This document shows, piece after piece, positions 28,487 to 37,402 of a DNA stretch of 64,000 bases (the first letter of the stretch is position 1; every line of letters starts with the position of its first letter). Under the pieces are notes generated by a model. The model had not been told where the DNA came from and did not search any database. It was given only the letters and a program-made list of their open reading frames with translations. The DNA lies in the NCBI GenBank assembly GCA_013151915.1, contig JAADHJ010000033.1, positions 37,642 through 101,641 on the forward strand, in the 5' to 3' direction. This DNA comes from Deltaproteobacteria bacterium. Its GTDB lineage: Bacteria > BMS3Abin14. The translations under genes and the position numbers were made by a program.

Positions 28487-28625
28487 CAAAAGCTTTTAAC
28501 ACGGCGCAGCCCCTCACAGGCTGCCCCACAGGGTTTTTAAAGAGGGTTTTACTGAAAAGATCTAACCATAAGATCCTGGTTTAACCCGCCAGGGATTTGG
28601 ATTTAACCCTGTGTTAAATTTGCTT
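28487..28625 (+). repeat. Family B intergenic repeat, full copy
   Basis: caaaagcttttaacacggcgcagcccctcacaggctgccccacagggtttttaaagagggtttt...atttaaccctgtgttaaa. Confidence 0.8.
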
Positions 28626-28697
28626 TTTCACCAACCTGGACTTCATTCAGAATTTCATTTTCAGGATGAACAGCTTTTTAAGAAGTTATTCGGGGGG

Positions 28698-30179
28698 TTA
28701 CATGAGAGACAGGACCGACAGTCTCGCGGCCTCGAGAACCCCGCCGGGCAGGATTCCCAGAACGATGGTGCCGGTCAATGCCAGAGCTATCCCGGCCCAG
28801 AGCGCCAGCGAGCCCTCGGTAGCAGCAAACTCGCCCTCCGGTTCCTTCATGTACATTAGGACAATAATGCGCAGATAGTAGAAGGCCGCGACCACACTGT
28901 TAAGAATTCCGATAATGACAAGGGTGTAATACCCACCCTGTATACCGGCATAAAACACATACAGTTTGGCGGCAAAACCTGCCGTGGGAGGAATTCCCGC
29001 CAGGGAGAACATAAAAATCATCATGGCCAGCGCAGCGCCGGGAGCCCGCCGGGACAGACCCTGGAAATCATCCAGATTTTCTCCTGTCATATTTTCACGC
29101 TTAAGATATATAAGAATCGAGAAAGCGCCGATATTCATGAAAGTGTATGACATGAGATAAAACATGACGGATGATATGGCCCGATCGGGGTGACCGCCCA
29201 CGGAAGCAACCACTCCAATAAGGATGTAGCCTACGTGGGCTATGGAAGAATAGGCAAGCATCCGCTTCACGTTCTTTTGTCTCAGAGCCGTCAGGTTCCC
29301 CACAGTCATCGTTAAAATGCTGAGGACTATGACAAGCATCTCCCAGTCCCCTTTCATCTGGGGCATAGCCTCCATGAAAATCCGGATAAGCGCAGCCAGG
29401 CCGGCAGCTTTGGGTCCCGCTGACATAAAGGCCGTCACAGGGGTGGGGGCACCCTCGTATACGTCAGGGGTCCACATGTGGAATGGGACAACAGAGATCT
29501 TGAAGAAAAACCCTATCATTACCATGAACAGCCCGACCATGAGGGGGATGTCTTTGAGTACTGCCGGGTGGGAGGTGATAGCGTCGGCGATTTTTCTAAG
29601 ATGCGTGCTGCCGGTAACACCGTAGATATAGGACATTCCAAAAAGCATGATGCAGGTAGCGAGGGAGCCGAGGATAAAATATTTCAGGCCCGCCTCGTTG
29701 GACTTCAGATTCGTCCTGAAAAATCCAGCCAGAATATAGAGGGAAATGGAGAGTATCTCCAGGCCCAGGAAGATGGTGATCAGTTCCCTTCCGATGGCCA
29801 TTACCATCATTCCAACCGTAGCCAGAATGAGAAGAGCATAATATTCCGAGTGGTCCTCTGTCCCATCCTCCTTGATGTAGCGAAGGGAAAGCGTCATGGT
29901 CAGAATCAGTCCGAACAGGAATATCACCTTGAAAAAGGAAGCATAGGGGTCAAGAACAAGCGAATCCCCGAAAGTGGAGACATTCAGGTTGAATTCGAAC
30001 AATGCCACCCCGAGGGCCGCAATGGCACCGGCCATACCAATAAAGAAGGAAGCGCCATGCCTCTTCGTCCGGGTGACCAGTTCCCACAGAATAACCATGA
30101 ACGCAGTCAGCGTGAGTATCAACTCCGGAGCTATGACCCTGAAATCAGGGAATGGAATCGTCAGACTCTGCATGGGCAC
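28698..30179 (-). CDS. nuoN: NADH-quinone oxidoreductase subunit N
   Basis: 493 aa. 14-TM antiporter-like subunit; last gene of the nuo operon. Confidence 0.85.
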   Translation of the reverse strand: MPMQSLTIPFPDFRVIAPELILTLTAFMVILWELVTRTKRHGASFFIGMAGAIAALGVALFEFNLNVSTFGDSLVLDPYASFFKVIFLFGLILTMTLSLRYIKEDGTEDHSEYYALLILATVGMMVMAIGRELITIFLGLEILSISLYILAGFFRTNLKSNEAGLKYFILGSLATCIMLFGMSYIYGVTGSTHLRKIADAITSHPAVLKDIPLMVGLFMVMIGFFFKISVVPFHMWTPDVYEGAPTPVTAFMSAGPKAAGLAALIRIFMEAMPQMKGDWEMLVIVLSILTMTVGNLTALRQKNVKRMLAYSSIAHVGYILIGVVASVGGHPDRAISSVMFYLMSYTFMNIGAFSILIYLKRENMTGENLDDFQGLSRRAPGAALAMMIFMFSLAGIPPTAGFAAKLYVFYAGIQGGYYTLVIIGILNSVVAAFYYLRIIVLMYMKEPEGEFAATEGSLALWAGIALALTGTIVLGILPGGVLEAARLSVLSLM

Positions 30180-30185
30180 TTTTCC

Positions 30186-31829
30186 TTAATTCAACCCCTC
30201 GTCTCGGGGGAGGGCATTGACACCGTTGAACATAATGGACTGTTTATCCATATTCACCGTAACGTTCATCGCAGGGACATTTGCCGCCGATCCATCGGAT
30301 TGCAGTTTTTTCAGCTCGATCTCCGCGGTTTTTGCCGATTCTACCCGCGAGACCACCTGGTTCACCGCCGGCTCCAGAATTCTCAAAAACGGTTTGGGAT
30401 ATATTCCTACCCAGAACATCAGAACAACCAGCGGCGCGAGAGTTATTATCTCCCGCATGCTGACATCCAGAAGTTTCCGGTTCTCCTCGTGGGTGATTTC
30501 CCCGAACATGATCCTCTTGTACATGTGAAGCATGTACACCGCCCCCAGGATAATTCCGGTCGCCGCTAAAACGCCGAAGACGAACATCCCCGATTTGAAG
30601 GCGCCAAGGAGTATGAGAAACTCTCCAACGAAACCGTTGAGCCCAGGCAGCCCGATGGAGGAGAATGTAGCTATCCCAAGTATGCCCGCGTAAATGGGCA
30701 TCACCGAGGCCAGGCCACCGAAATCATCAAGGAGCCGGGTATGCCTGCGCTCATAGATAATCCCAACCAGAAGGAACAAGGCCCCTGTGGAAAGTCCATG
30801 GTTTATCATCTGGAGGACTCCGCCCTGTATCCCCTGGATAGAGAGGGTAAATAGTCCCAGCATTACAAAACCCAGGTGGCTCACGGATGAATAGGCGACA
30901 AGCTTCTTGGCATCGGGCTGCACCCAGGCCACCAGCGCGCCGTAGATGATTCCGATAACCGAAAGGACCAGTACCACCGGTATCGCCTTGATCGCGGCAT
31001 CGGGCAGGATGGGAAGGGAAAAGCGTACAAAACCGTACGTTCCCATTTTAAGCAGAACACCCGCCAGGATGACGGAACCTGCGGTTGGCGCCTCCACATG
31101 GGCGTCAGGAAGCCACGTATGAAATGGAAAGAGAGGAACCTTGATGGCAAACCCCAGGAATAGCCCCCAGAAGGCCCACATCTGAACATCCCTGGGCAGA
31201 TTGGACGTAAAAAGCCGGATGACGTCAAAGGTATAGACCCCGGTGGCCGAATGGTACGAAAAATAGATGACCAGAAAACCTATGAGCATAAAAAGGCTGC
31301 CGACCAGGGTGTAGAGGAAGAACTTCACAGCAGCATATATCCGGCGCGGCCCACCCCATACACCGATAATCAGCGCCATGGGGATCAACTCTATTTCCCA
31401 GAAAACATAGAAGAGGACCAGGTCCAGGGCGAAGAACACACCCAGCATGGCGGACTGAAGGAGCAGGAAGGCAATCATGTATTCCTTGACCCGGTCCTTG
31501 ATGGCAGAGAAGGAAGACAATATGGCGAGCATACCGAGGAGCGTGGTAAGCAGGGCCAGGAGAAGACTGATCCCGTCCACTCCCATGAGGTAGCTGATGC
31601 CCAGGCTTGGAATCCATCTTGCCCTTTCCACAAACTGGAACCCGGATTGCCCGACATTGTACTGGGCCAGAAGTAGAAGAGAGACCAGGAAATCCGCAAC
31701 AGCGATTACCAACGCCGAATTCCGGATGAGGTTAACCTTTTTCCCCGGCACCAGAAGAGCGAGTATCAGCGCCCCCACTGCCGGCAGGTAAACTATGACT
31801 GACAATATAGGGAAGGTCATATGTTCCAT
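30186..31829 (-). CDS. nuoM: NADH-quinone oxidoreductase subunit M
   Basis: 547 aa antiporter-like subunit, with an unusual ~60-aa soluble C-terminal tail. Confidence 0.85.
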   Translation of the reverse strand: MEHMTFPILSVIVYLPAVGALILALLVPGKKVNLIRNSALVIAVADFLVSLLLLAQYNVGQSGFQFVERARWIPSLGISYLMGVDGISLLLALLTTLLGMLAILSSFSAIKDRVKEYMIAFLLLQSAMLGVFFALDLVLFYVFWEIELIPMALIIGVWGGPRRIYAAVKFFLYTLVGSLFMLIGFLVIYFSYHSATGVYTFDVIRLFTSNLPRDVQMWAFWGLFLGFAIKVPLFPFHTWLPDAHVEAPTAGSVILAGVLLKMGTYGFVRFSLPILPDAAIKAIPVVLVLSVIGIIYGALVAWVQPDAKKLVAYSSVSHLGFVMLGLFTLSIQGIQGGVLQMINHGLSTGALFLLVGIIYERRHTRLLDDFGGLASVMPIYAGILGIATFSSIGLPGLNGFVGEFLILLGAFKSGMFVFGVLAATGIILGAVYMLHMYKRIMFGEITHEENRKLLDVSMREIITLAPLVVLMFWVGIYPKPFLRILEPAVNQVVSRVESAKTAEIELKKLQSDGSAANVPAMNVTVNMDKQSIMFNGVNALPRDEGLN

Positions 31830-31972
31830 GAAACCCTTTCTCCGCCCGACGATACCCGCCTGACACGTTGCTTGAAAGTCAGAATCTCAACCAACCTGCC
31901 GGGCCGATACCGGCGAAAGATACCTTTTTTCATTTCCCTTTTAACCAAAGGACACTCCAATATTGACAATCT

Positions 31973-33904
31973 TTAGACAAAAAAGGTCCAGAAAAGCACC
32001 AGAACCAGTCCAACAGTCATGGCCAGAGCATAGTTCTGAACAAGGCCGGTCTGAAGCCTGGAAAGCAGCCTTCCAGACCCATTCGCGCTGTTGGCGATTC
32101 CGTGAAGCGTTCCATCTATGACCCCGCCGTCGAACCCGGTCCACAGAAGGTTGCCAAGGCGATTAAGGGGCCTGACAATGACCATCCCGTAGAGTTCATC
32201 CACCCACCACTTATGGAAAAACAGGTCGTAAAGGAAACTGTAATCCTTCCTGATCTCCTCTGCAATCTGGGGCTTTCGCAGGATAATGACCAAGGCCAGC
32301 CAGATGCCCCCGACCGCCACCACAACCGACACCCCCATCAGGCCCAGTTCGAGAGTGATGGATTGGACGGTCTCGGCCATCTTTCCGCCATGCTCGGCAA
32401 CGGCATTAAAAACGGGGCCAAGCCAATTGTGCAGGAGGTGCCACTTCTCAATGATGGGGAACCCGGCAAACCCACCGACAGTCGAAAGAAATGCCAGGAT
32501 GACCAGCGGGACCGTCATGACCGATGGAGATTCATGTGCATGTTCCGCAACTTCAGGGTCGAGCCTCGACTCACCGTAAAATACCCGGTAGACCAGTCTG
32601 AACATGTAAAACGCGGTCATGAAAGCAGTAACCACACCCACAAACCACAGGAGAAAGCCACCTCCGTACTTTGAATTAAAGGCGGCATTGAGGATTTCGT
32701 CCTTGGACATGAACCCCGCCAGGGGAGGAATACCCGAAATGGCCAAGGATGCCACAACAAATGTCTTAAAAGTTGTAGGCATGATTTTCCTCAGTCCGCC
32801 CATCTTGCGTATGTCCAACTCTCCCGCAAGCCCATGCATTACGCTGCCCGCACACATGAATAGCAGGGCTTTGAAAAATGCGTGTGTCATGAGGTGAAAG
32901 ATCGCCGTCGTATAAGCGCCGACACCAACCGCGAGGAACATGTACCCCAATTGGCTGATTGTGGAGTAGGCCAGGACCCGCTTGATGTCGTTCTGGACAA
33001 GAGCGATGGTAGCCGCGAAAAAGGCGGTCAGAGCCCCTATTGAAGCAATCAGCATCATAGTTGGCGGGGCCATTTCAAAGAGAACATGGCTGCGGCAGAC
33101 CATGTAGACGCCGGCGGTCACCATGGTGGCGGCATGGATGAGGGCGGAAACCGGTGTGGGGCCCTCCATGGCGTCAGGCAGCCAGATGTGGAGAGGCAGT
33201 TGGGCGGATTTTCCGGTCGCGCCGAGAAAGAGCAGCAGGGTAATCAGGATGATCATGGGGTCGCCCTGGTTGAACACCTGGTGGGCTCTTCCGAAAACCT
33301 CCCCGTATGACAGGGAACCGAAGCGGATGGCGATAAGAAGCATTCCCAGCATGAACCCGAAATCGCCCACCCGGTTGACGATGAAGGCCTTGCGGCCTGC
33401 CGAGGAAGCGCTCTCCTTTTTATACCAGAATCCGATGAGCAGGTAGGAACAGAGCCCCACCCCTTCCCAACCGACGAACATGACCAGGAAGCTGTTGCCA
33501 AGCACAAGCATGAGCATGGCGAAAATAAAGAGGTTCAGATACAGGAAATAACGGGCGACACCCTCATCGTGATGCATGTAGCCGATGCTGTAGACATGGA
33601 TAAGGAATCCGACCCCTGTAACCACGAGGATCATCACGGATGAAAGCGGATCAAGCAGGAACCCGACGGGAACCGAAAAATTCCCGGAACTGATCCATTC
33701 GAACAGGTTAATATTGAAAACCCTGGAACCGGCATCCATTCCCGTCAATCCTAAAATCGCCACCACCGAGGCAAGGAACGCCGCCGCCACCGAACCACAT
33801 GCCAGCATCCCCACCGCTGACCTTGACAGGCGCCTACGGAAGATAAGGTTGGCGATCGCCGCCAGGAGAGGGAAAAGTGGTACCAGGACTACCGCTTCTG
33901 TCAT
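31973..33904 (-). CDS. nuoL: NADH-quinone oxidoreductase subunit L
   Basis: 643 aa antiporter-like subunit with C-terminal long-helix extension. Confidence 0.85.
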   Translation of the reverse strand: MTEAVVLVPLFPLLAAIANLIFRRRLSRSAVGMLACGSVAAAFLASVVAILGLTGMDAGSRVFNINLFEWISSGNFSVPVGFLLDPLSSVMILVVTGVGFLIHVYSIGYMHHDEGVARYFLYLNLFIFAMLMLVLGNSFLVMFVGWEGVGLCSYLLIGFWYKKESASSAGRKAFIVNRVGDFGFMLGMLLIAIRFGSLSYGEVFGRAHQVFNQGDPMIILITLLLFLGATGKSAQLPLHIWLPDAMEGPTPVSALIHAATMVTAGVYMVCRSHVLFEMAPPTMMLIASIGALTAFFAATIALVQNDIKRVLAYSTISQLGYMFLAVGVGAYTTAIFHLMTHAFFKALLFMCAGSVMHGLAGELDIRKMGGLRKIMPTTFKTFVVASLAISGIPPLAGFMSKDEILNAAFNSKYGGGFLLWFVGVVTAFMTAFYMFRLVYRVFYGESRLDPEVAEHAHESPSVMTVPLVILAFLSTVGGFAGFPIIEKWHLLHNWLGPVFNAVAEHGGKMAETVQSITLELGLMGVSVVVAVGGIWLALVIILRKPQIAEEIRKDYSFLYDLFFHKWWVDELYGMVIVRPLNRLGNLLWTGFDGGVIDGTLHGIANSANGSGRLLSRLQTGLVQNYALAMTVGLVLVLFWTFFV

Positions 33905-33915
33905 CGTCTCTTCTC

Positions 33916-34218
33916 CTAGCCCTTCATCAGATTGATTTCATCAACGTTGACGGTCTCGCGATTGCGGAACATGGCCACAAGGATCGCGAGACCCACAGCC
34001 GCCTCCGCAGCCGCCACCGTCATCACGAAAAACACAAATACCTGACCCGCCATATTGTGGATATAGTGGGAAAAGGCGACCAGGTTGATATTCACGGCAT
34101 TGAGCATCAGCTCAATGGACAAAAGAATTATGATAACGTTCCTCCTGAGGAGCACCCCCAGGAGACCGATGACAAACAGAATAGCCCCAAGGACAAGATA
34201 GTGAGTGAGGGTAATCAT
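33916..34218 (-). CDS. nuoK: NADH-quinone oxidoreductase subunit K
   Basis: 100 aa, 3 [29 protein letters not shown]... Confidence 0.85.
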   Translation of the reverse strand: MITLTHYLVLGAILFVIGLLGVLLRRNVIIILLSIELMLNAVNINLVAFSHYIHNMAGQVFVFFVMTVAAAEAAVGLAILVAMFRNRETVNVDEINLMKG

Positions 34219-34727
34219 TCCGTTTTCTCCCTTCGCGCCAGGACCACAACCCCAAAAATGGCCACCAACAGTACCAGGGACGCCAGTTCAAATGGGAACA
34301 GAAATGTCGTGTACAGGCTTGTGCCCACAGCTTCGGTATTTCCACCGAAGATACGGCCGACAAGCTTGACAACCGGGCGGGAAAATGAACCCTGCACTGT
34401 TAGGATGACAAGTTCAAACATAAGTGCGATACCGGCGATCATCGCAAAGAACCGCTGGCGGTGAATAATCCTCAGTTCCCTGGTTTCGGAGAGGTCCAGC
34501 AGGGCAACAACAAAAAGGTATAGGACCATGATGGCGCCGGTATAGACAAGGATCTGAATGGCAGCCAGGAATTCAGCGTCCAGCAGTACAAAAAGACCCG
34601 CCACATGAAAGAAGCACGGAACGAGGAACACCACCGAATGGACCGGATTGTGACGGGAAATCGATAACACGGCCGTCACAATCGTGGCCACCGCAAAATA
34701 GTAAAACAACAATGAATACAAATCCAT
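34215..34727 (-). CDS. nuoJ: NADH-quinone oxidoreductase subunit J
   Basis: 170 aa membrane subunit. Its start overlaps the nuoK gene by 4 bp. Confidence 0.8.
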   Translation of the reverse strand: MDLYSLLFYYFAVATIVTAVLSISRHNPVHSVVFLVPCFFHVAGLFVLLDAEFLAAIQILVYTGAIMVLYLFVVALLDLSETRELRIIHRQRFFAMIAGIALMFELVILTVQGSFSRPVVKLVGRIFGGNTEAVGTSLYTTFLFPFELASLVLLVAIFGVVVLARREKTE

Positions 34728-34737
34728 CGGCTACTCC

Positions 34738-35184
34738 CTACAGGTCCTCGTACCGGGGGTCATCCCCCTTGGTCAGCATCGACTCTTTGGTCACGTTCAG
34801 GTTGAAGGGGTCGGTGACGGACAACTCGTAATCGTTCCCCATCCAGACAGCATCTTCGGGACAGACCTCCTGGCAAAATCCGCAATAGATACAGAGTCCC
34901 AGATTGATCTGGTAGAAATCGATCAGCTTCTCGTGTTCCTCACCCTCGGAGGTCCTGATGATAATGGCACTGGAAGGGCAGATCTCCGCGCACAAACCAC
35001 AACCCACACACCTCTCCTTACCGTCGGGGTGCCGCTTGAGTACCTGTGCGCCTCTGTATCGAGGGGGTGGTTCCCAACGCACCTCCGGATATCTGAGGGT
35101 GACCGGCTTGGAGAAGAAATACCTGATAGTAAGAGTCAGCCCCTGAATCAGGTCGGTTTGAAAAATGTTGGTCAGCAGGCCCAC
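34738..35184 (-). CDS. nuoI: NADH-quinone oxidoreductase subunit I (2x[4Fe-4S] ferredoxin)
   Basis: CVGCGLCAEICPSSAI and CIYCGFCQEVCPEDAV. Confidence 0.9.
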   Translation of the reverse strand: MGLLTNIFQTDLIQGLTLTIRYFFSKPVTLRYPEVRWEPPPRYRGAQVLKRHPDGKERCVGCGLCAEICPSSAIIIRTSEGEEHEKLIDFYQINLGLCIYCGFCQEVCPEDAVWMGNDYELSVTDPFNLNVTKESMLTKGDDPRYEDL

Positions 35185-35195
35185 GGAGGTCTCTC

Positions 35196-36215
35196 CTATA
35201 AAATTCCGGACATCCGAAGGATGCCTGATAAAAAGACATTAAAAATTGCGAGAGGAAGAAGAACCTTCCAACCAAGCCCCATGAGCTGATCATATCGGAG
35301 TCTGGGAAATGTCCACCGCACCCAGACCATGAAGAAGAGGAAAAATCCAACCTTCAACAGGAACCAGACAATGGGCATAACGTAGGCCGCAAAAGCAACG
35401 GGCAGCGCCGAATCGATGATGGGCCCCACAATGGGAAGCGGGAGCCAGCCCCCGAAGAACAGAACGACCAAAACGCAGGATATGGATATCATGGAAATAT
35501 ACTCGGCCATGAAGAACAGGGCGAACTTCATGGATGAGTATTCCACGTGGAACCCCGCCACCAGTTCCTGCTCGGCCTCGGGAAGGTCAAAGGGAAGACG
35601 GTTGGTTTCGGCAAAGGACGCGACCAGGAAAAGGATAAAACCCAGGAACTGGGGAATGACAAACCATAGCCCCCGCTGTGCCTCCACGATCTGAAACATG
35701 GACAGAGATCGTGAGTACATAAGCACCCCTATAATGGAAAGTCCCAGGGTCAGCTCATAGCTGATCATCTGCGCGGCGGACCGCATGCCCCCCAGGAGGG
35801 CGTACTTATTGTTGGATGACCACCCGGCCAGAACGATGCCGTAAACACCGAGAGACGAGATGGAAAGGATGTACACAACACCGATATTGAGGTCGGAGAT
35901 CTGGATATACGGCCCGATGGGGATGACGGCGAACGTCAGCAGCGCCGGAACAAATGCCATCAGCGGCGCCAGGATAAAGAGAACCTTGTCGGCCTTGGAA
36001 GGCATTATATCTTCTTTGAAAAAGAGTTTGACCGCATCGGCGATGGGCTGAAGAAGCCCAAAGGGACCTACATAAAGCGGCCCGTGGCGATTCTGGATAT
36101 GTCCCGACACCTTCCTTTCAATCCACACCATGACCGGCACACCCGTTAAGGCAACGATGAGGACAGCCACTATTTTCAACAGGATGATAAGCAAGAAAAG
36201 CCAGATATTATCCAT
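35196..36215 (-). CDS. nuoH: NADH-quinone oxidoreductase subunit H
   Basis: 339 aa, 8 TM. ...RLPFDLPEAEQELVAGFHVEYSSMKFALFFMAEY... Confidence 0.9.
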   Translation of the reverse strand: MDNIWLFLLIILLKIVAVLIVALTGVPVMVWIERKVSGHIQNRHGPLYVGPFGLLQPIADAVKLFFKEDIMPSKADKVLFILAPLMAFVPALLTFAVIPIGPYIQISDLNIGVVYILSISSLGVYGIVLAGWSSNNKYALLGGMRSAAQMISYELTLGLSIIGVLMYSRSLSMFQIVEAQRGLWFVIPQFLGFILFLVASFAETNRLPFDLPEAEQELVAGFHVEYSSMKFALFFMAEYISMISISCVLVVLFFGGWLPLPIVGPIIDSALPVAFAAYVMPIVWFLLKVGFFLFFMVWVRWTFPRLRYDQLMGLGWKVLLPLAIFNVFLSGILRMSGIL

Positions 36216-36249
36216 AACCTTCCCTTAGTATCCAGACCCTTAATTATTG

Positions 36250-36408
36250 ACAGGGTCGTAAAAAGTCCATTCGTGGCTTTTTGCTCCACGGAAAGCGAAA
36301 AGTGCCATTTTCTCTTTCCTCACAAATCAACAACTTGCCCTGCAAGTTTTTGATTTGCACATCCTTCAATGGGCGCGTTGATGACTTTTTCGAAGTCATC
36401 AATATTCC
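36250..36408 (-). repeat. Family A multi-hairpin repeat, long-form variant, reverse orientation
   Basis: Reverse complement: ttgatgacttcgaaaaagtcatcaa...caaatcaaaaacttgcagggcaagttgttgatttg...ggaaagagaaaatggcacttttcgctttcc...gcaaaaagccacgaatggactttttacgaccc. Confidence 0.8.
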
Positions 36409-37397
36409 ATGGCGCCGGACCGCTTGATTTCTCCGACCTTTTCAAGGAGGAAAAAGGCGTCCGTATTCTCAGGATTGAGCTTAATAGCATCGTTAAGCAG
36501 CTCCTCGGCTTTGTCCAGCATACCAAGATGAACGTAGCTGTTGCCCAGGTGATACAGGGCGCTGGAATCCATTGGATCGAGTTCCTTAACCCTGTTGAAA
36601 CTGGCCGCCGCATCCTCATGGGCCCCTTTCCTTGCCTGAGCCACACCCAGATGATAATAGGCAGCTGTAAATTGCGGGGACAGCGCCAGCGCCTGCTCGT
36701 ATGCATTTATGGCATCCTGCATGTTGCCCTTGTGGAAGTAGACCTGCCCCAGCCAGTAGTAGGCCATGACGTACCCGGGGGAGATTTCCACCACTTTCCT
36801 GAGGGCATCCTCGGCCTCCTGCAGCATTCCTTTCTGGAAATAAACGGTCCCCAACACGTACATGGACCTTGCGAAGGTGGGTGATATTTCGAGGGATCGC
36901 TGCAGTTCCTCCACCGCGTCGTCGAGCTTGGCATTCTTCTGGTGAAGGAGGGCCAGACGGTAGTGAATCTGGGCGGTGTCGGGGATCATCTTTCTCACCC
37001 GGTTGAAATGAAACTCCGAGTCGGGAAGAAGACCCATGGCGTAGCAGGTCATTCCAAGGCGATAGTGGACCGCGGGAGATGTGGGATTTGCGGCCTCAGC
37101 CTTCTTGAAACACTCCAGGGCGGCCGAGAGCATCCCCTTGTCGTAGTAGGCGACCCCCATGTAGTATCGGGTCATCTGAAAATCGGGTACCAGTTCGAGG
37201 GTTTCCTCCCATCGCTTCAGGGCCTCGTCAAAGTGCCCCTGGTGGTAAAGGGAGCTTCCCTCGCGGTAGAGCCGCTCGGCCTTCTCCTGGTTGGACAGGG
37301 CCTCCTGGTCATCGACCGTCGCTTCGAGCTTGTTGCCGCACTCTTTACAGTAGCGGCTGTCCTCCGGGATCAACAGATTGCATGCCGGGCAGATCAT
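36399..37397 (-). CDS. Zinc-ribbon + TPR-repeat protein
   Basis: N-terminal MICPACNLLIPEDSRYCKECGNKL. At least 8 TPR repeats (AxxxYxxGxxxxxxGxxxEAxxxxxxALELxP pattern). Confidence 0.75.
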   Translation of the reverse strand: MICPACNLLIPEDSRYCKECGNKLEATVDDQEALSNQEKAERLYREGSSLYHQGHFDEALKRWEETLELVPDFQMTRYYMGVAYYDKGMLSAALECFKKAEAANPTSPAVHYRLGMTCYAMGLLPDSEFHFNRVRKMIPDTAQIHYRLALLHQKNAKLDDAVEELQRSLEISPTFARSMYVLGTVYFQKGMLQEAEDALRKVVEISPGYVMAYYWLGQVYFHKGNMQDAINAYEQALALSPQFTAAYYHLGVAQARKGAHEDAAASFNRVKELDPMDSSALYHLGNSYVHLGMLDKAEELLNDAIKLNPENTDAFFLLEKVGEIKRSGAMEY

Positions 37398-37402
37398 CTT
37401 CG